Below are positions 40,130 through 52,975 of a stretch of DNA of 64,000 nucleotides, in pieces (positions within the stretch are counted from its first letter, which is position 1; every line of letters begins with the position of its first letter). A model generated the notes under the pieces. It made no database searches. It had not been told where the DNA came from and saw nothing but the letters and a program-made list of their open reading frames with translations. The DNA comes from Octopus bimaculoides (lineage: Eukaryota): contig NC_068993.1 of NCBI RefSeq assembly GCF_001194135.2, positions 3,794,894 through 3,858,893 of the forward strand, given 5' to 3'. Position numbers and translations under genes: made by a program.

Positions 40130-40220
40130 GACTCTCCAAGAGTCAGACTCTCCAAGAGTCAGAATCTCCAAGAGTCAGACACTCCAAGAGTCAGACTCTC
40201 CAACAGTCAGACTCTCCAAG
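40130..40220. repeat. 16-bp minisatellite GACTCTCCAAGAGTCA x5.7
   Basis: Units start at 40130, 40146, 40162, 40178, 40194 and 40210 (partial), each with at most 1 substitution. Each unit has internal inverted arms GACTC/GAGTC. Confidence 0.95.
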
Positions 40221-41242
40221 ATGCATTTCAAAACATGTGTAGGAGAATATTGAAAATGAAGGACAACACTCTCAACACCTCTCGAGCAGACTTCAATGTG
40301 TAGTTGCGTTACATCATACAATTGTCTTAAAATAGAGAACACTATGAACCTACCTTATGTGATCTATTCTTAAAAGCAAGATGAGTGTTAACAGTTGCAA
40401 ATATATTTGTCCAGGCAGGGTTGATCTGGGGTTAAACAAAAGCAATAATTGTCATAACAACACCTATAACAACAACAAAGGCCACGATCATATTAGCAAA
40501 TGCGTTGAAGTGTCAACTCAACTCAGCTCCTTCTTTATCATTTTCAATTACCTGGTGGTGGGTCGATGTACATCTTTGCAATTCTCTTCGTGAAAGATGA
40601 CCCGCAACTTTTTTGTCATTGATTTATTTAGTTTTCTTTTCAAGTTCATTCCAGCCACTTTCGATAGAAGTGTTATTGAGAACAGATGCAAACGATAATT
40701 GTATTGACTTATTACAACCTAAAACATTATCTATAGAAATTATGCAACATCTTTAACCTCTCACTAAATATATCTGCTAGATTTTTCAGGAAATTCACTT
40801 TACAAAATAATATAAAAATGATATATTTCGATGTTTTCACTCAGTTCCATACGTGGAGTTGAAATTATCAATTACCACTCGTTTCGTTTTTAGACTTATA
40901 CAATTTCTACAACATATGACAAATAAGTGCTTTACAATCAGATTTGATTCTACTCCGGCACCAGTCTTCCAGATTACGTTTTGTTGATATTTATTTGTCC
41001 ATCTTCAACAGCCTGCCATTTATATTTATGAAGGAATTTAGAAAATGCTCCCCATTTTTAAGCACTTCTCGTCGATATTCCTTAACTAAATGAACCAGAG
41101 ATTTTATTCATCATAGTTTTTTTTAAATTTATTTTAAACAATTTCTCCCACTTTGCAATTATCATACCATGTGTGTGTGTGTGTGTTTGTGTGTACATTT
41201 CTATATGTATATACTTATATATGAATATGTATNNNNNNNNNN

Positions 41243-41281
<39 letters not shown>

Positions 41282-42724
41282 ATGTATGATTGTGTGTGCG
41301 CGCGCATGTATATGTATATATACATATATACATGCGCGAGCGCGCAAAAATCTATGTATAGAGGCATATATTCATTCCCTATTTTGCATCGTATTTTTAT
41401 TTGTTTGCTTCAAATTTTATTTAGCTGTTTGTGATATTTATTTTGGTAAATTATTCCTAAACAAGAATTAAAGTATGATTTCAGGATGACAAATGGCAAT
41501 TGGCAGTTTATGGCAAAATAATAGATGTCTTAGACAATGTGAACGCTATGATTGTAGGAAAGACAGATTATTATGATTTATATTCATGTCAGCGTTTGTG
41601 GATTTTTGTTCTTTTGTTTTTCCTAATACTCCTCTGCCGTCACCCTTCTTGTTTGGAAAAACCTTTATTTCATTGTTGTTTTATTATTTTATCCATACCA
41701 ATTGTTATGATGTAGTAAAATACCTTACATTACAACAATGGCACAACACGTTGAACATATTAATGACATGGTTAGTAAAAGGAAAATAAATATATATTTT
41801 ATTTCTATATATCCTTTCATCACGTCTGTCTTGACAGATTTGAATTAATTTCTGGAATAGCTGGTTGGAGGGGGTGATCTAAATTTTGGGTGGTAGACCT
41901 CTTGTCACAACAGCCACCTATTAAGCTAATATTAGCAAAGAAGAACTCTCCAATTCAAACTGGGAACCTCACAAATACGAATGCCATTTATTACATGCAA
42001 ATGATAATTGATGGTTATCATCAGCTCTTTGATCTTACTGTTCTCTAACACTGTAATTGTTTTAGGTAAGCGTTCTCACATACGCAATACCAGCATCATT
42101 GCAACTATTATCCGCCACTGATTTTATCATCATCATTATGAACCCCTGATTACGCATAACTGTATGATACCTCCTCTAGTTTTTGCTGCATCATTAGTCA
42201 GCTTCCTTTGTTAAGCTAAACTCCCTCAGTTTATATCCAAACTTTCAGATTCTACAATTTCCTTACACCCCTCACCTCAATACTTTACATTCTATTCCCC
42301 ACTGACAAATATTTATCCAAATCCAATATTCTAAATTATCAAAACTTTGTTCCTTGCAAACAATGGTGTATTTCCTAGATTCGTGTTACAACATCATGAT
42401 TTTTCAAATACTGTTCACTCAACAAATATAGACACGTGCAAATTCTATCTGAAACAAGCAAACGGGTTCTACAGTTTTATTTTCTACACAAAATATCTTA
42501 TAATTCTCTCATTGTGAGATTATCAACGCTACGGTACTCCTTCATTAAACACTTCGCTATAGACATTAACACACTAACACTGTAGTTGCATAATAACCAT
42601 TTCAGTGTTATCTGCCACGTTGAGAAACTGGTGGGCATGTTTCACCTCTGATTCATCCGGGCTGTGACTATTCACTAACTTCATCGGAAATATAAACTTC
42701 GCAAAGCACCAGTGGTTCGCTTAC

Positions 42725-42866
42725 AGTTAAGTTGCAATCGTATACAACTCATATTGTTTAAAAAATCTGAAACAAGATGCTTATCATTATCCACCGAGAG
42801 ATGACTAAATTCTTCGTTGCACCGCATATAATGAAAACTACGATTAGAAAATGGTAGAAAGTATTT
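42725..42866 (-). CDS. Candidate exon, unknown protein
   Basis: Strong acceptor with branch-like ctaat and tract ttgttgtccttgctttgcag|; donor AACT|gtaagc. 142 nt open as KYFLPFSNRSFHYMRCNEEF...CIRLQLN. The alternative phase-2 frame gives a hydrophobic terminal peptide ending at TAA 42758. Confidence 0.35.
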
Positions 42867-44937
42867 CTGCAAAGCAAGGACAACAAATTAGATATAATAA
42901 GTAGAATTTCAAATAGAAAATCAGGAATCCCAAGAATAACGTCCTCATTAAAATGCTTTTTTAAAACAAAAAAATACGTTTACAGATATTTAAATACCAT
43001 ATAATTAAACATAAAATCTCGGTTTAGGGTGGTGCTATTCACCTCATACCATTCCCACCCTACTGAACGCTGGATCGATTGGAGATAAGAGGATTTTCAG
43101 TTAAACAAAATGAATAAAATATCTTAAATTCATGCCACAAGAGTATTGATAACCAACTAGTGACCACGTTTAGGAATTTCTATTCAATTTTCAATTTTAG
43201 CAAGAACGTTTTACCTATATTTATAAGATTGTTCTTCAGTTGACTAAGATCAATGAAGATGAAAGGCCAGTCACTGTATTATCTCTATATTACAACATGC
43301 GAGAAACATATATGCTTAGCAGTTTTATATTGCTAATAGCTCTGGGAAAAGTATGAATAGCACAGCATTCAGGTCCAGGCCGTTTCAAGAAGAGGGAGAA
43401 ATATCATTTTGATTAAAGCAGTTGTTTATCAATGGTTCATAGTTTAATATATTTCTCTTTAAGTTTCTGCAGTTTCAAATTAAACTTAGATGTTTTCATT
43501 TATAAAATACCATGAAATAATTGTAGTAGAATACAACACCCACGATCTGTGAAGCACCGGCATAAACCATCATACCAGCTAAACCATTACAGATTACAAC
43601 TTTCTAACTATCTTGCAGGAAGAGATATTCGCATTAAACTAAACAAATATTGTTTACCAATTTCTTTTTCAATACTATGGCACGGAGAATATCATTTCTA
43701 GTCAAGAAGAATCAGCAAGCTGGAGACATTTCCATAATCAATGTCCCTGTACACATATCCCCATATTAAACTTAAAATCATTCTCGACAGGTTGTCATGA
43801 TTGTTACTTCTATAGAATTCTTTTGATTAACCTACTGCAGCACTTCACTTATATCAATGATAACACACTGACAATGGAATACTCAATTGTTTCCTTTTAA
43901 TTTTCATCGAAACTTATCAGACAGAATTGAAGCCAAAACAACCATATTAAATGTAGACACAACACTCTGTGGGGTATACTTTTCTGCGTCATCATACACA
44001 CACACGCACACACACACACATAGGTATACATATTTATAGACATGTACATATCAATATATATATATATATATCTACAAGCATAACGTGNNNNNNNNNNNNN
44101 NNNNNNNNNNNNNNNNNNNNNNNNNNNNNNNNNNNNNNNNNNNNNNNNNNNNNNNNNNNNNNNNNNNNNNNNNNNNNNNNNNNNNNNNNNNNNNNNNNNN
44201 NNNNNNNNNNNNNNNNNNNNNNNNNNNNNNNNNNNNNNNNNNNNNNNNNNNNNNNNNNNNNNNNNNNNNNNNNNNNNNNNNNNNNNNNNNNNNNNNNNNN
44301 NNNNNNNNNNNNNNNNNNNNNNNNNNNNNNNNNNNNNNNNNNNNNNNNNNNNNNNNNNNNNNNNNNNNNNNNNNNNNNNNNNNNNNNNNNNNNNNNNNNN
44401 NNNNNNNNNNNNNNNNNNNNNNNNNNNNNNNNNNNNNNNNNNNNNNNNNNNNNNNNNNNNNNNNNNNNNNNNNNNNNNNNNNNNNNNNNNNNNNNNNNNN
44501 NNNNNNNNNNNNNNNNNNNNNNNNNNNNNNNNNNNNNNNNNNNNNNNNNNNNNNNNNNNNNNNNNNNNNNNNNATATATATATATATATATGTATATATA
44601 TATGAATGTATGTATGTATATGTATGTCTATATTATTTGTGTAGCGGGAATATGTGTATGCTTGTATTATAACTCTGAAAGAAAAAAATAAAATGCCAAC
44701 AGTTTCATTCAATTTCATGCTTCACAGATACAAAACATGAACTGTATTTAGACCTCTCCAAAAACATTTTTCAGAACTTACTACTAGTCAGCCATTTTTT
44801 ATCAACTTTTGCATGCCAAATATTATTACAAATATTACGAAGAAACAGCCACCAGTTCCATTCTATTTTCCACTTCAAGAACTCAAAACACGAACAAAAT
44901 ATCGGACTTTTCTAAAGAAGGGGAAAAAAAGTCTCAC

Positions 44938-45157
44938 TGAATTTCTGAATCCCTTGCCATCTTGCATTTATTTTTGTTGGTAAAAAATCCAACGTAGTTT
45001 TCATTAATATTTACTGGAGAAATGTCTCTAACCATAACACTGAATGTGGTTATATAAGAAACAGTTAATTTGTAAAATATAGTTAGATGTGACATGTGCA
45101 TGTCCGTAATTTTGTTTTTGCGCACGTGGTTCGTGTTCCTCTCCAGTGTGCACACAT
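44938..45157 (-). CDS. Candidate internal exon, unknown protein
   Basis: Acceptor ttcttctgcacaaacattacag| and donor TCA|gtgaga. 220 nt fully open in one frame (phase 1 to 2): VCTLERNTNHVRKNKITDMHMSHLTIFYKLTVSYITTFSVMVRDISPVNINENYVGFFTNKNKCKMARDSEI. Confidence 0.35.
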
Positions 45158-45937
45158 CTGTAATGTTTGTGCAGAAGAAGCGTAAATGTACACGGTTGAA
45201 TTTCTATGGATGAATGAGTAATATGTTGCGTCTATATAGCTGGTACAGCCATAAGTTGGGTATATTAATAAAGTGTATTTTAGAAGTAAAATTAGTCATA
45301 GATATACAAGGCTATGGACTTAAAGAGGAAAGTGAGATTATTTTAATACTATTAAGTAAAAATTTAGATTTTATTCACCCAAATATTAATGAAGCTTTGA
45401 TTTCCCTGGGGTGGGGGTCTGATTACCTGTTGCTGGGACAATTCTACATGTCGTTGAACAAGACATTCATCTAACTCATAACATTGAAAATAAGAAGAAA
45501 ATGACATATTGTCAACGAAATTGTCATTTCCAAGAACATGCATCTTTGAACTTGTACCCTATACGTCTTATATAATCTTATTCAAACCTCCCATATTATG
45601 GAAAATAACGTTATTTTATATACCCTTCAGCAAAAATTAGTTTTCTGAATTGTTTTTCTGTATTAATTTATTTTAATAAAACACAATTGTTTCAGATGAT
45701 TGCTCAGTGTTAATTCAATGTCTGTAGACTAAATCCTTACAACTCTATCTAAAACAATATCAGTTATTATTTATTCTGAACTGGAGAAACTATCATATGT
45801 AACCAGAGAACTTATACACGGTTACAAAGCTAACTAAACATTTGTTGCCATGGTTTACCTGAAGATTTTATGTTAATACCAATAGAGTTGTGAGCAAATA
45901 CCAAAGCAGAGAGCTAATTATACATGTGTGAAAGTAT

Positions 45938-46150
45938 GTGGCCTAGTGGTTAGTTCTCAGTGGGTACAGTGTTGCAATCACGATCGCTAGATCATAGGTA
46001 CAATTCCAGGACCGAGGGTCGCGTTGTGTTCGTGAGAAAAAAAAACACTTCATTTCTCCTTACTCCATTCCACTTAGCTGTGAACAGGTACCCTTGCAAC
46101 AGACTAACTGATCGTGGCATCATTCAAAAGCTAAAACGGTGCAAAGCTTA
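45938..46150 (+). mobile_element. tRNA-related SINE family C
   Basis: TGGCCTAGTGG A-box, ...gttgtgttcgtgagaaaa..cacttcatt...cacttagctgtgaacaggtaccc; aligns with the 39177 copy apart from a short insertion in the tRNA-like head. Confidence 0.7.
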
Positions 46151-48418
46151 TTTTTGTCAACGATGCATAGTAACATCCGATAACCTGGTCGATCATGTGA
46201 TCACGTGCTATATTTATAGATACGTACGTATATAACATTGTCGCCAGCGCCACAGTTTTGATAGTGCAGGTCAGAATGATATATCATATCCATCTTTTTC
46301 AGTGATTTAGCATTTCGTGTATATACTTCCATCATGTGAGAAACCAATCACATTCTGTTCTGCATTAACTGGTCCTCGTTAGATTTTTCAGTCGTCGTAT
46401 TTTTTTCTTTACCAAAGTCTATATTTCTTTTCGAAGACTACAATTAAATGAGACGATATTCATGTAACAATACTTACAGGATCTTTGCTTCAATACCCCC
46501 ATATTATTGCACCATATTATTGCAATTTGCCTGATATTCGTTCTTGTATTTACCGATTTATCACAACATCACGTAACAATATTTCAAACAGTCATGTCAC
46601 ATCGTCTGTCATATTTCGTATTTGTAATTATTAAAAGTTGGAAGAGTTTATACTTATCTATAATGGCTCTTGACCAAATTACAATTCTTCATCTACAGAA
46701 CTCACTTGTTTCCCTGTCACTTTCTTTCTATGTTCTCAAGTTGACAGACCTCTTGGCCGACTGGTGACGCTTTTAAAGAAAAAGAAGAATGTGGAGTAAT
46801 TCGAATATTAATAACATTGGAAATAAAGTTAGAAATTATTGTCTGAGTTTAACAGCTATGAATTATTAATACGTGCTTTCCAATATATTTTTGTCTTCTC
46901 TGGCTGACCTTTGAAACTGTTATATGGAAACTGATATTTGTCTAAGTTTGCTGAATATGAATTTTACTGGCGTCTGTCTTATGGCTCAAAAGTGTTAAGG
47001 GAATCATCTAAGACGAGTTATACTTTTACAAGGCTGCAGCATGTGATAAAAGATTGGCTGTAAATACTGGAGACAACTGAAAAATGAAAAAGATATAATT
47101 AAGAACATAAATCGATATAAATCAATTTATAAATCATCTCTGTTCTGTGAAATTAACGACAGTTATTTGGACAAGGAAACTTCTCAACAGAAATATATTA
47201 CAACGCTTTTTTATTGACGTTGTTTTTGCATTTCATTTTTATCCTTAAACATTTCAGAAAAAGCTCTTTCAATATTATTCAATGTGGACGAAGGAATACT
47301 ACGAGAAAGTTTATTTGCTGTAAAATGGCTTCACTGCCTTTACGTTTCAGGTTCAAACCATACCTGCATTTCATTAATCTACAATACACACCACACTGAT
47401 TAATCTTCACCCTTCACTCAACCAGGTCTTATCGAATAAAATAATTATCAGATTAACGAGACCACAAATCTATTCAAGTGTAACGTGTCACACTGTTTTA
47501 TTATTTAAGCTCTAACAGCCGACACTGTTTATGTCATTAATCCGCATTCATTCGTGAGTGATAAAATTGGCGTTTTATTTTCTTAGATTTTAACGACAAA
47601 ATAGGCAACGATTTTGTTATTTCAGGTTGAAAATAAGATAAAAGTAAATGCCTAATTGAGTTTATGAAAATATTCTTAACAAATATGCTAAAATCATAGC
47701 AAGGTTCTATTACCGCTGGGATATGGTAGTTATACAAAAGAGAAGGTCAACATTTCAAATCTTGATAAGACCAGAACAGGATAGGGGATTGGCTTGTCGT
47801 AGTTCTCTGATTGCACATACTTATAAGCAAGAACATTCCAGTTTCGGACCGTCATGTCCTTTTATACATACGTAAGAATACAATATCTTACATCTCAATA
47901 ACAGCGTGACGTCTCATCACCATTTTAAAATATATTTAACTGCTATTTCCATCATTTCATCCGATCATGTTGCGAGCTTTCCCATTGGTTTTATTTATAC
48001 ACTGTTGGGTGTCAAGGCAAACGACATTTTGAAGTAGATAGCCAAACCGTTGGAGTTTAATACATGACGAACAGCACGACTATACGTGGATATAAATCGA
48101 TCATTTTTCTCACATTGTGAGGAGGAAATAATAATCTTTCATAGTAATTAGATAAGATAATTAATAATGATAAGGCTATCAAATAAATGTATAGGGGCTA
48201 GGGTTAACATTTTAAAGAGACTATTAATTTTGTTACCCATTCTAGGTTTCATGCCAGACAGTGTGAGATGACTTTATAATCTCCTGCCTTACACATTCCT
48301 CGCACATGTGACGCTATGAAATAATAGAGCAATATGAGAAATTGTGATGACGACAACGGTCGCAACGACGACAACAATGACGATCAGGACAACGATATTG
48401 AACGATGTTGAATAATAG

Positions 48419-48491
48419 TGATGATGATGATGATGATGCTGCTGCTGCTGCTGCTGCTGCTACTGCTGATGATGATGATGATGATGATGAT
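48419..48491. repeat. Compound (GAT)n-(GCT)n-(GAT)n
   Basis: GCT tract nested within GAT tracts. Confidence 0.9.
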
Positions 48492-51143
48492 AAATAACGG
48501 TGACTATTTTGTTGCAGCAAATAGCAACCACATTCGTTTTTCTAAAATGAAATCCAACATTCTTTCATGCATCGTATTGTGCCGGAAAGAAAGTAAAAAT
48601 ATTGCAATTCATCAACCGCAATGACTCGAGCTGCTAAAAAAGAAGGTCTTTGTCAAATCAACCTGAAATCCGGTTCTTTCTTATAAATAACCAAAAAGAA
48701 TGACATCCGACGGTAACGATATATTGGATACTCTATTAAAAGGTGAATGCAAAGCATTTCTTAGCTGTTAGCTCAATAAGTGACTCGCCTGGAGTTACGT
48801 AGAAATCGCATCAGCATATAAAAGGCGTCTACCACAAGGTTTATGCTAACATCTCTGCTTTGTTTAAACATCCTGCTTATTTTGTATTGACAAGAAAAAC
48901 ATACAGCATTTTAAAAGGAAGCAACGATAAGAAAAGCTCAAACATTTCTTTTTTTATCACATCTAAACCTTCTTGTGTTATAAAATCTTGTTAATATGAG
49001 ATCCTAAGTACTTTGGAAAAGCTGTAAGTTTTCAGCAAGATGGAACCACTGCTATGTATTATATCCTTGAGCAAAGAATATTTCAAACTACTTACGCAGA
49101 AAATTGGTCCGTGTTAATATTTTTTCTTTGTATTTTTATCTTGTTAGGAGAGACACTGAACTGTAAATATTGCTTAGGGTGGACGACGTAGACAGAACTA
49201 AAATATACTTAATCTTTTAGTCAATATCAATGTCAAGAAAGAATGTTAAGGTGAAGTTGAAATAGATTATTTAAGAATATATTTTGGTTTCAGCTGTGAA
49301 TCACTCAGTAGTATATTTGGTAAATAAATAAAGAAAAAACTAAATATAAAATACTAAAAAGACAAAAGACCGAAGTGAAGGATCGAGAAAATAAGACATT
49401 TACGAAAAGCATTATGTATGCATAAAGAAACACACACAAACGCAGATAACACGATCACACACACAGAAACATTGAAGCAAATAACTCTAAACAATAGATT
49501 ATACAAGTTTGTTTGTGTAAGAATTTGTGTATCCGTGAAACTGTATATGTGTATAAATGTATTTATGCGATTGCTTTCATATGTGTATGAGCGTGTGCGT
49601 TTGAATATATTTTAAGTGTCAGAGACAGCCACCTGGCGCGAAGAGGTTGGAGAATCCGCAGCAGGCGTTCATCTGAAACCAGTTCACTATCAATCCAATT
49701 GTTTATAGAGGCAGTATATCTGATTGTAGCCAGGAGTAAGACTCAGACTCCATACTGGGAAAGAAAATGTTTAGTTCGGATCGGTTCGTGATAAGCAAAG
49801 GTTTCGTAAATTTATTTGTTGGAGATATGGAATTTTATAGAAACTTTCGTAAAATTGCGTCATGCTTCTGTTGTGCGCTGCAGGAACTATGTTGTTATTT
49901 TAAAACTTTGGTTTTGGGTGGACCCACTTGTTGAGCAAACTGTGGATTACACCAGATGATAACTATCTTCCTGTGTATGTTTACTCTTAAACTGTTGTTA
50001 CAGTTATCGCAGAATATTAGAACACTGTCCATAACCTGCTTAGACTGAGGGCATTGTTGTAACATTCGCATGTAACTGATAAAAATATTCTTCACTAAGT
50101 TTTGACAAGGTGTAGGCAAACAATTTAAGTAGGAATTTTGAGATATATTTAGGCGGTTGAAGAAGTTATCTATGTAATTGGGTGCTTTCTATAAGAAGGG
50201 AAATGGGACAATTCAAAATGTATTATAACATTTAAACCAATTATTATTGTGTCGTTCATGTTTTTTAAATTAGACCGTTTTAAAAAGATCTTATAGATTT
50301 CCAAACTGACAGCACATTTTCCATTCTACTACTAATTTTCATCTTCCTCTTCCTTTTTCCCTGCTAATTTCTGTTTCAATATCTTTGTACCAATCATCTA
50401 TTCAAACCCCAATTTAATTATATCAATCAATATTTTTTTCCCAATACCTTTATATTGTGAGAAGAATAGAAAAGAAAATAACTATAATTATTATATTCAT
50501 TATTCAACATAATATAATATATATAGTTGTGTATGTGTGTGTGTTTGAGATTGTGTGTCTGAGAAACAGAGAGAGGGTGAGAGTGAAAGTGATTGGTAAA
50601 GATATATACAAAGATATTTAAATATCATTAAAGTTCTTATTGCAGCGTTCTTCGAGGTGGAATGTTAGGGGTGTTGCATTCTATTTTTTTCTTTTTATAT
50701 TTTGGTATCACCTCCCAGTTTTTGAGTTGTCTTCTTTATAAATTCCTCTAAAACATTCCTCAAAGTTTGGAGTAGTTACGTAGAAAGGCGCCATAAAACG
50801 AAAGAAAGTAAACACAGAGAAAAATATGGAGGCCCAAAAGGAGCTGAGAGAAGCCGCTGAGGGAGAGTAAGAGTGGTAAAAATTTAGATAAATATAGAGA
50901 AAGAAAGAAGTTGGTGAAGAAAGAAGAGAGAGAGAGAGAGAAAGAGAGAAGGGAGGACGAAGAAAGAATGACAGAAAAGGCATGAAAATAATAGTTTCTT
51001 TTGTAGAATATCAAATTTCAAAGTGAGCGAATGATAAAAAGAAAAGAATACACATTCAGTATGGATAGATGATCACATACATATATGCTGATGTATACAA
51101 ATATGTAAATATACACACGCACACACGCACAGATATATAAATT

Positions 51144-51218
<75 letters not shown>

Positions 51219-51606
51219 TCCTTAGTCCCTCTGCCCTCTTTAACTCCTTCCCTTCTCTACCACGTGATCACTATCCGGTTCAGGTATTGTCGTCCTCTTT
51301 CGGCCCGCCGCTTTTGAGGTCGGTCGCGTCTGTTCTGCTCTGTCCTGCCGCCCGGTCTGTTAAGATCTTCCATTTCCATTTTCCTTGCGCTAGCTTACGA
51401 CTCTCGTCTGACAGCCGAATGTCCTTGTTTGTTTCATTTCATTTTTGGTGTAATTGTACAATTATTTTTCTACCGTTGCACTGCCGTCATACACCACAAT
51501 CTCAAATTACCATCTATATATTTGTGTGTGTGACTGTGTGGTTGTATGTTGCCATATATATATACATATTTCACTTGATCATACACGTGTATATGTTTAT
51601 ATATGA

Positions 51607-51642
<36 letters not shown>

Positions 51643-52032
51643 NNNNNNNNNNNNNNNNNNNNNNNNNNNNNNNNNNNNNNNNTATATACACACGCACATA
51701 GATATATACGTATGTATGTATGTACGTATGTATATGAATATACATATTTACGTATGTACATATATAAAAATATACTGAGTAGAAAGATGCCAAAGAGGGA
51801 TTGAGAAGCAGACAGCCATAAAGATTTAGATATGTAAATGGATATAATCTGGAAGTCAATGAAATGTTATCCACTCCTTGTTTGCACATATGAGACGTAG
51901 ACTGGGAGATAAGAGAAAGTGGAAGAAAAGAGATAAATAGATAAAACTGAGAATGTTGAAATGAAAGACATGTAAAAGAAAGAGAAATTTTGAAACATAC
52001 AAATATTTAGTCATAAGAACTTGAGAGGTAAT

Positions 52033-52070
<38 letters not shown>

Positions 52071-52100
52071 NNNNNNNNNNNNNNNNNNNNNNNNNNNNNN

Positions 52101-52117
52101 CGACGCTCTTCCGATCT
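52101..52117 (+). other. Illumina adapter remnant
   Basis: CGACGCTCTTCCGATCT is the exact 3' end of the TruSeq read-1 adapter, and lies immediately after an N-gap. Confidence 0.95.
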
Positions 52118-52701
52118 AGGCACATGGTAAACGTACAGTGAGACAGAAGCAGTGACCGAGTTGAGGATTAGTGTATGTAGAAAGAGGTAAAAAGGAAAAG
52201 AAAGTGTGTTTGGTTAGGTTGGGTATCAAACGTATATGATATAGATATCGATAAACAAGGAAACTGTGAACTGGTGATATTCAATATGATATTTTACACA
52301 GCATGTTTGAATTAGATACTTCATTTTATTTTATTTTATTTTATTTCACAACTGAAATAACACGAATCTGCATGTGTTTATCGTGAACATAATGTCAATA
52401 TCCACATCTACCATAGCAGAACTACTTCTATGATTAGCCAGAGCAATAAACACAGCTATAAGACTATTACCCAGCCAAAATACTACTATAGTCAAAAGAA
52501 AAAAAAAACAGAAATTTTAACCCAAATGAAGAAAACCGTCATTAATAAACACACGTATCACGAACTAATAGAGGCGCTTTTATTTCTTCGTCCTGTTTGT
52601 TAGAAATGACAATGAAGTTTCCCATTAAATTACACGCTGCTTTTTAAAAGAAAGGACGGTGACTTTCGGAATTGGAGCCCCTACACACACACACACACAC
52701 A

Positions 52702-52740
<39 letters not shown>

Positions 52741-52839
52741 TCTCTGTATCCCTCTCTCCCTCTCTCTGTATCCCTCTCTCACTCACACACAAACACCCAC
52801 ACACATTTATCACGATATCGACCTGTCAATCGGATCTGG

Positions 52840-52975
52840 TTATGCATGGCTAGTCGCAGTGGGTTTCGCGTTCTATCGAATGCCACCCTGCTCACAGCTG
52901 AGTGGGCAGAATGGAATGAAGTGTTTTGCTCAAGAATACAAGGAATGGCTTGGATGGGAATCGAATCCAGGTAAA
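52840..52975 (-). mobile_element. tRNA-related SINE family C
   Basis: gaagtgttttgctcaagaatacaa...gggaatcgaatcc is the reverse complement of the family C central block and B-box. Confidence 0.7.

Noticed and set aside
40130-40220. CRISPR-like array
   Set aside because: Units are contiguous with no unique spacers, and the context is eukaryotic.
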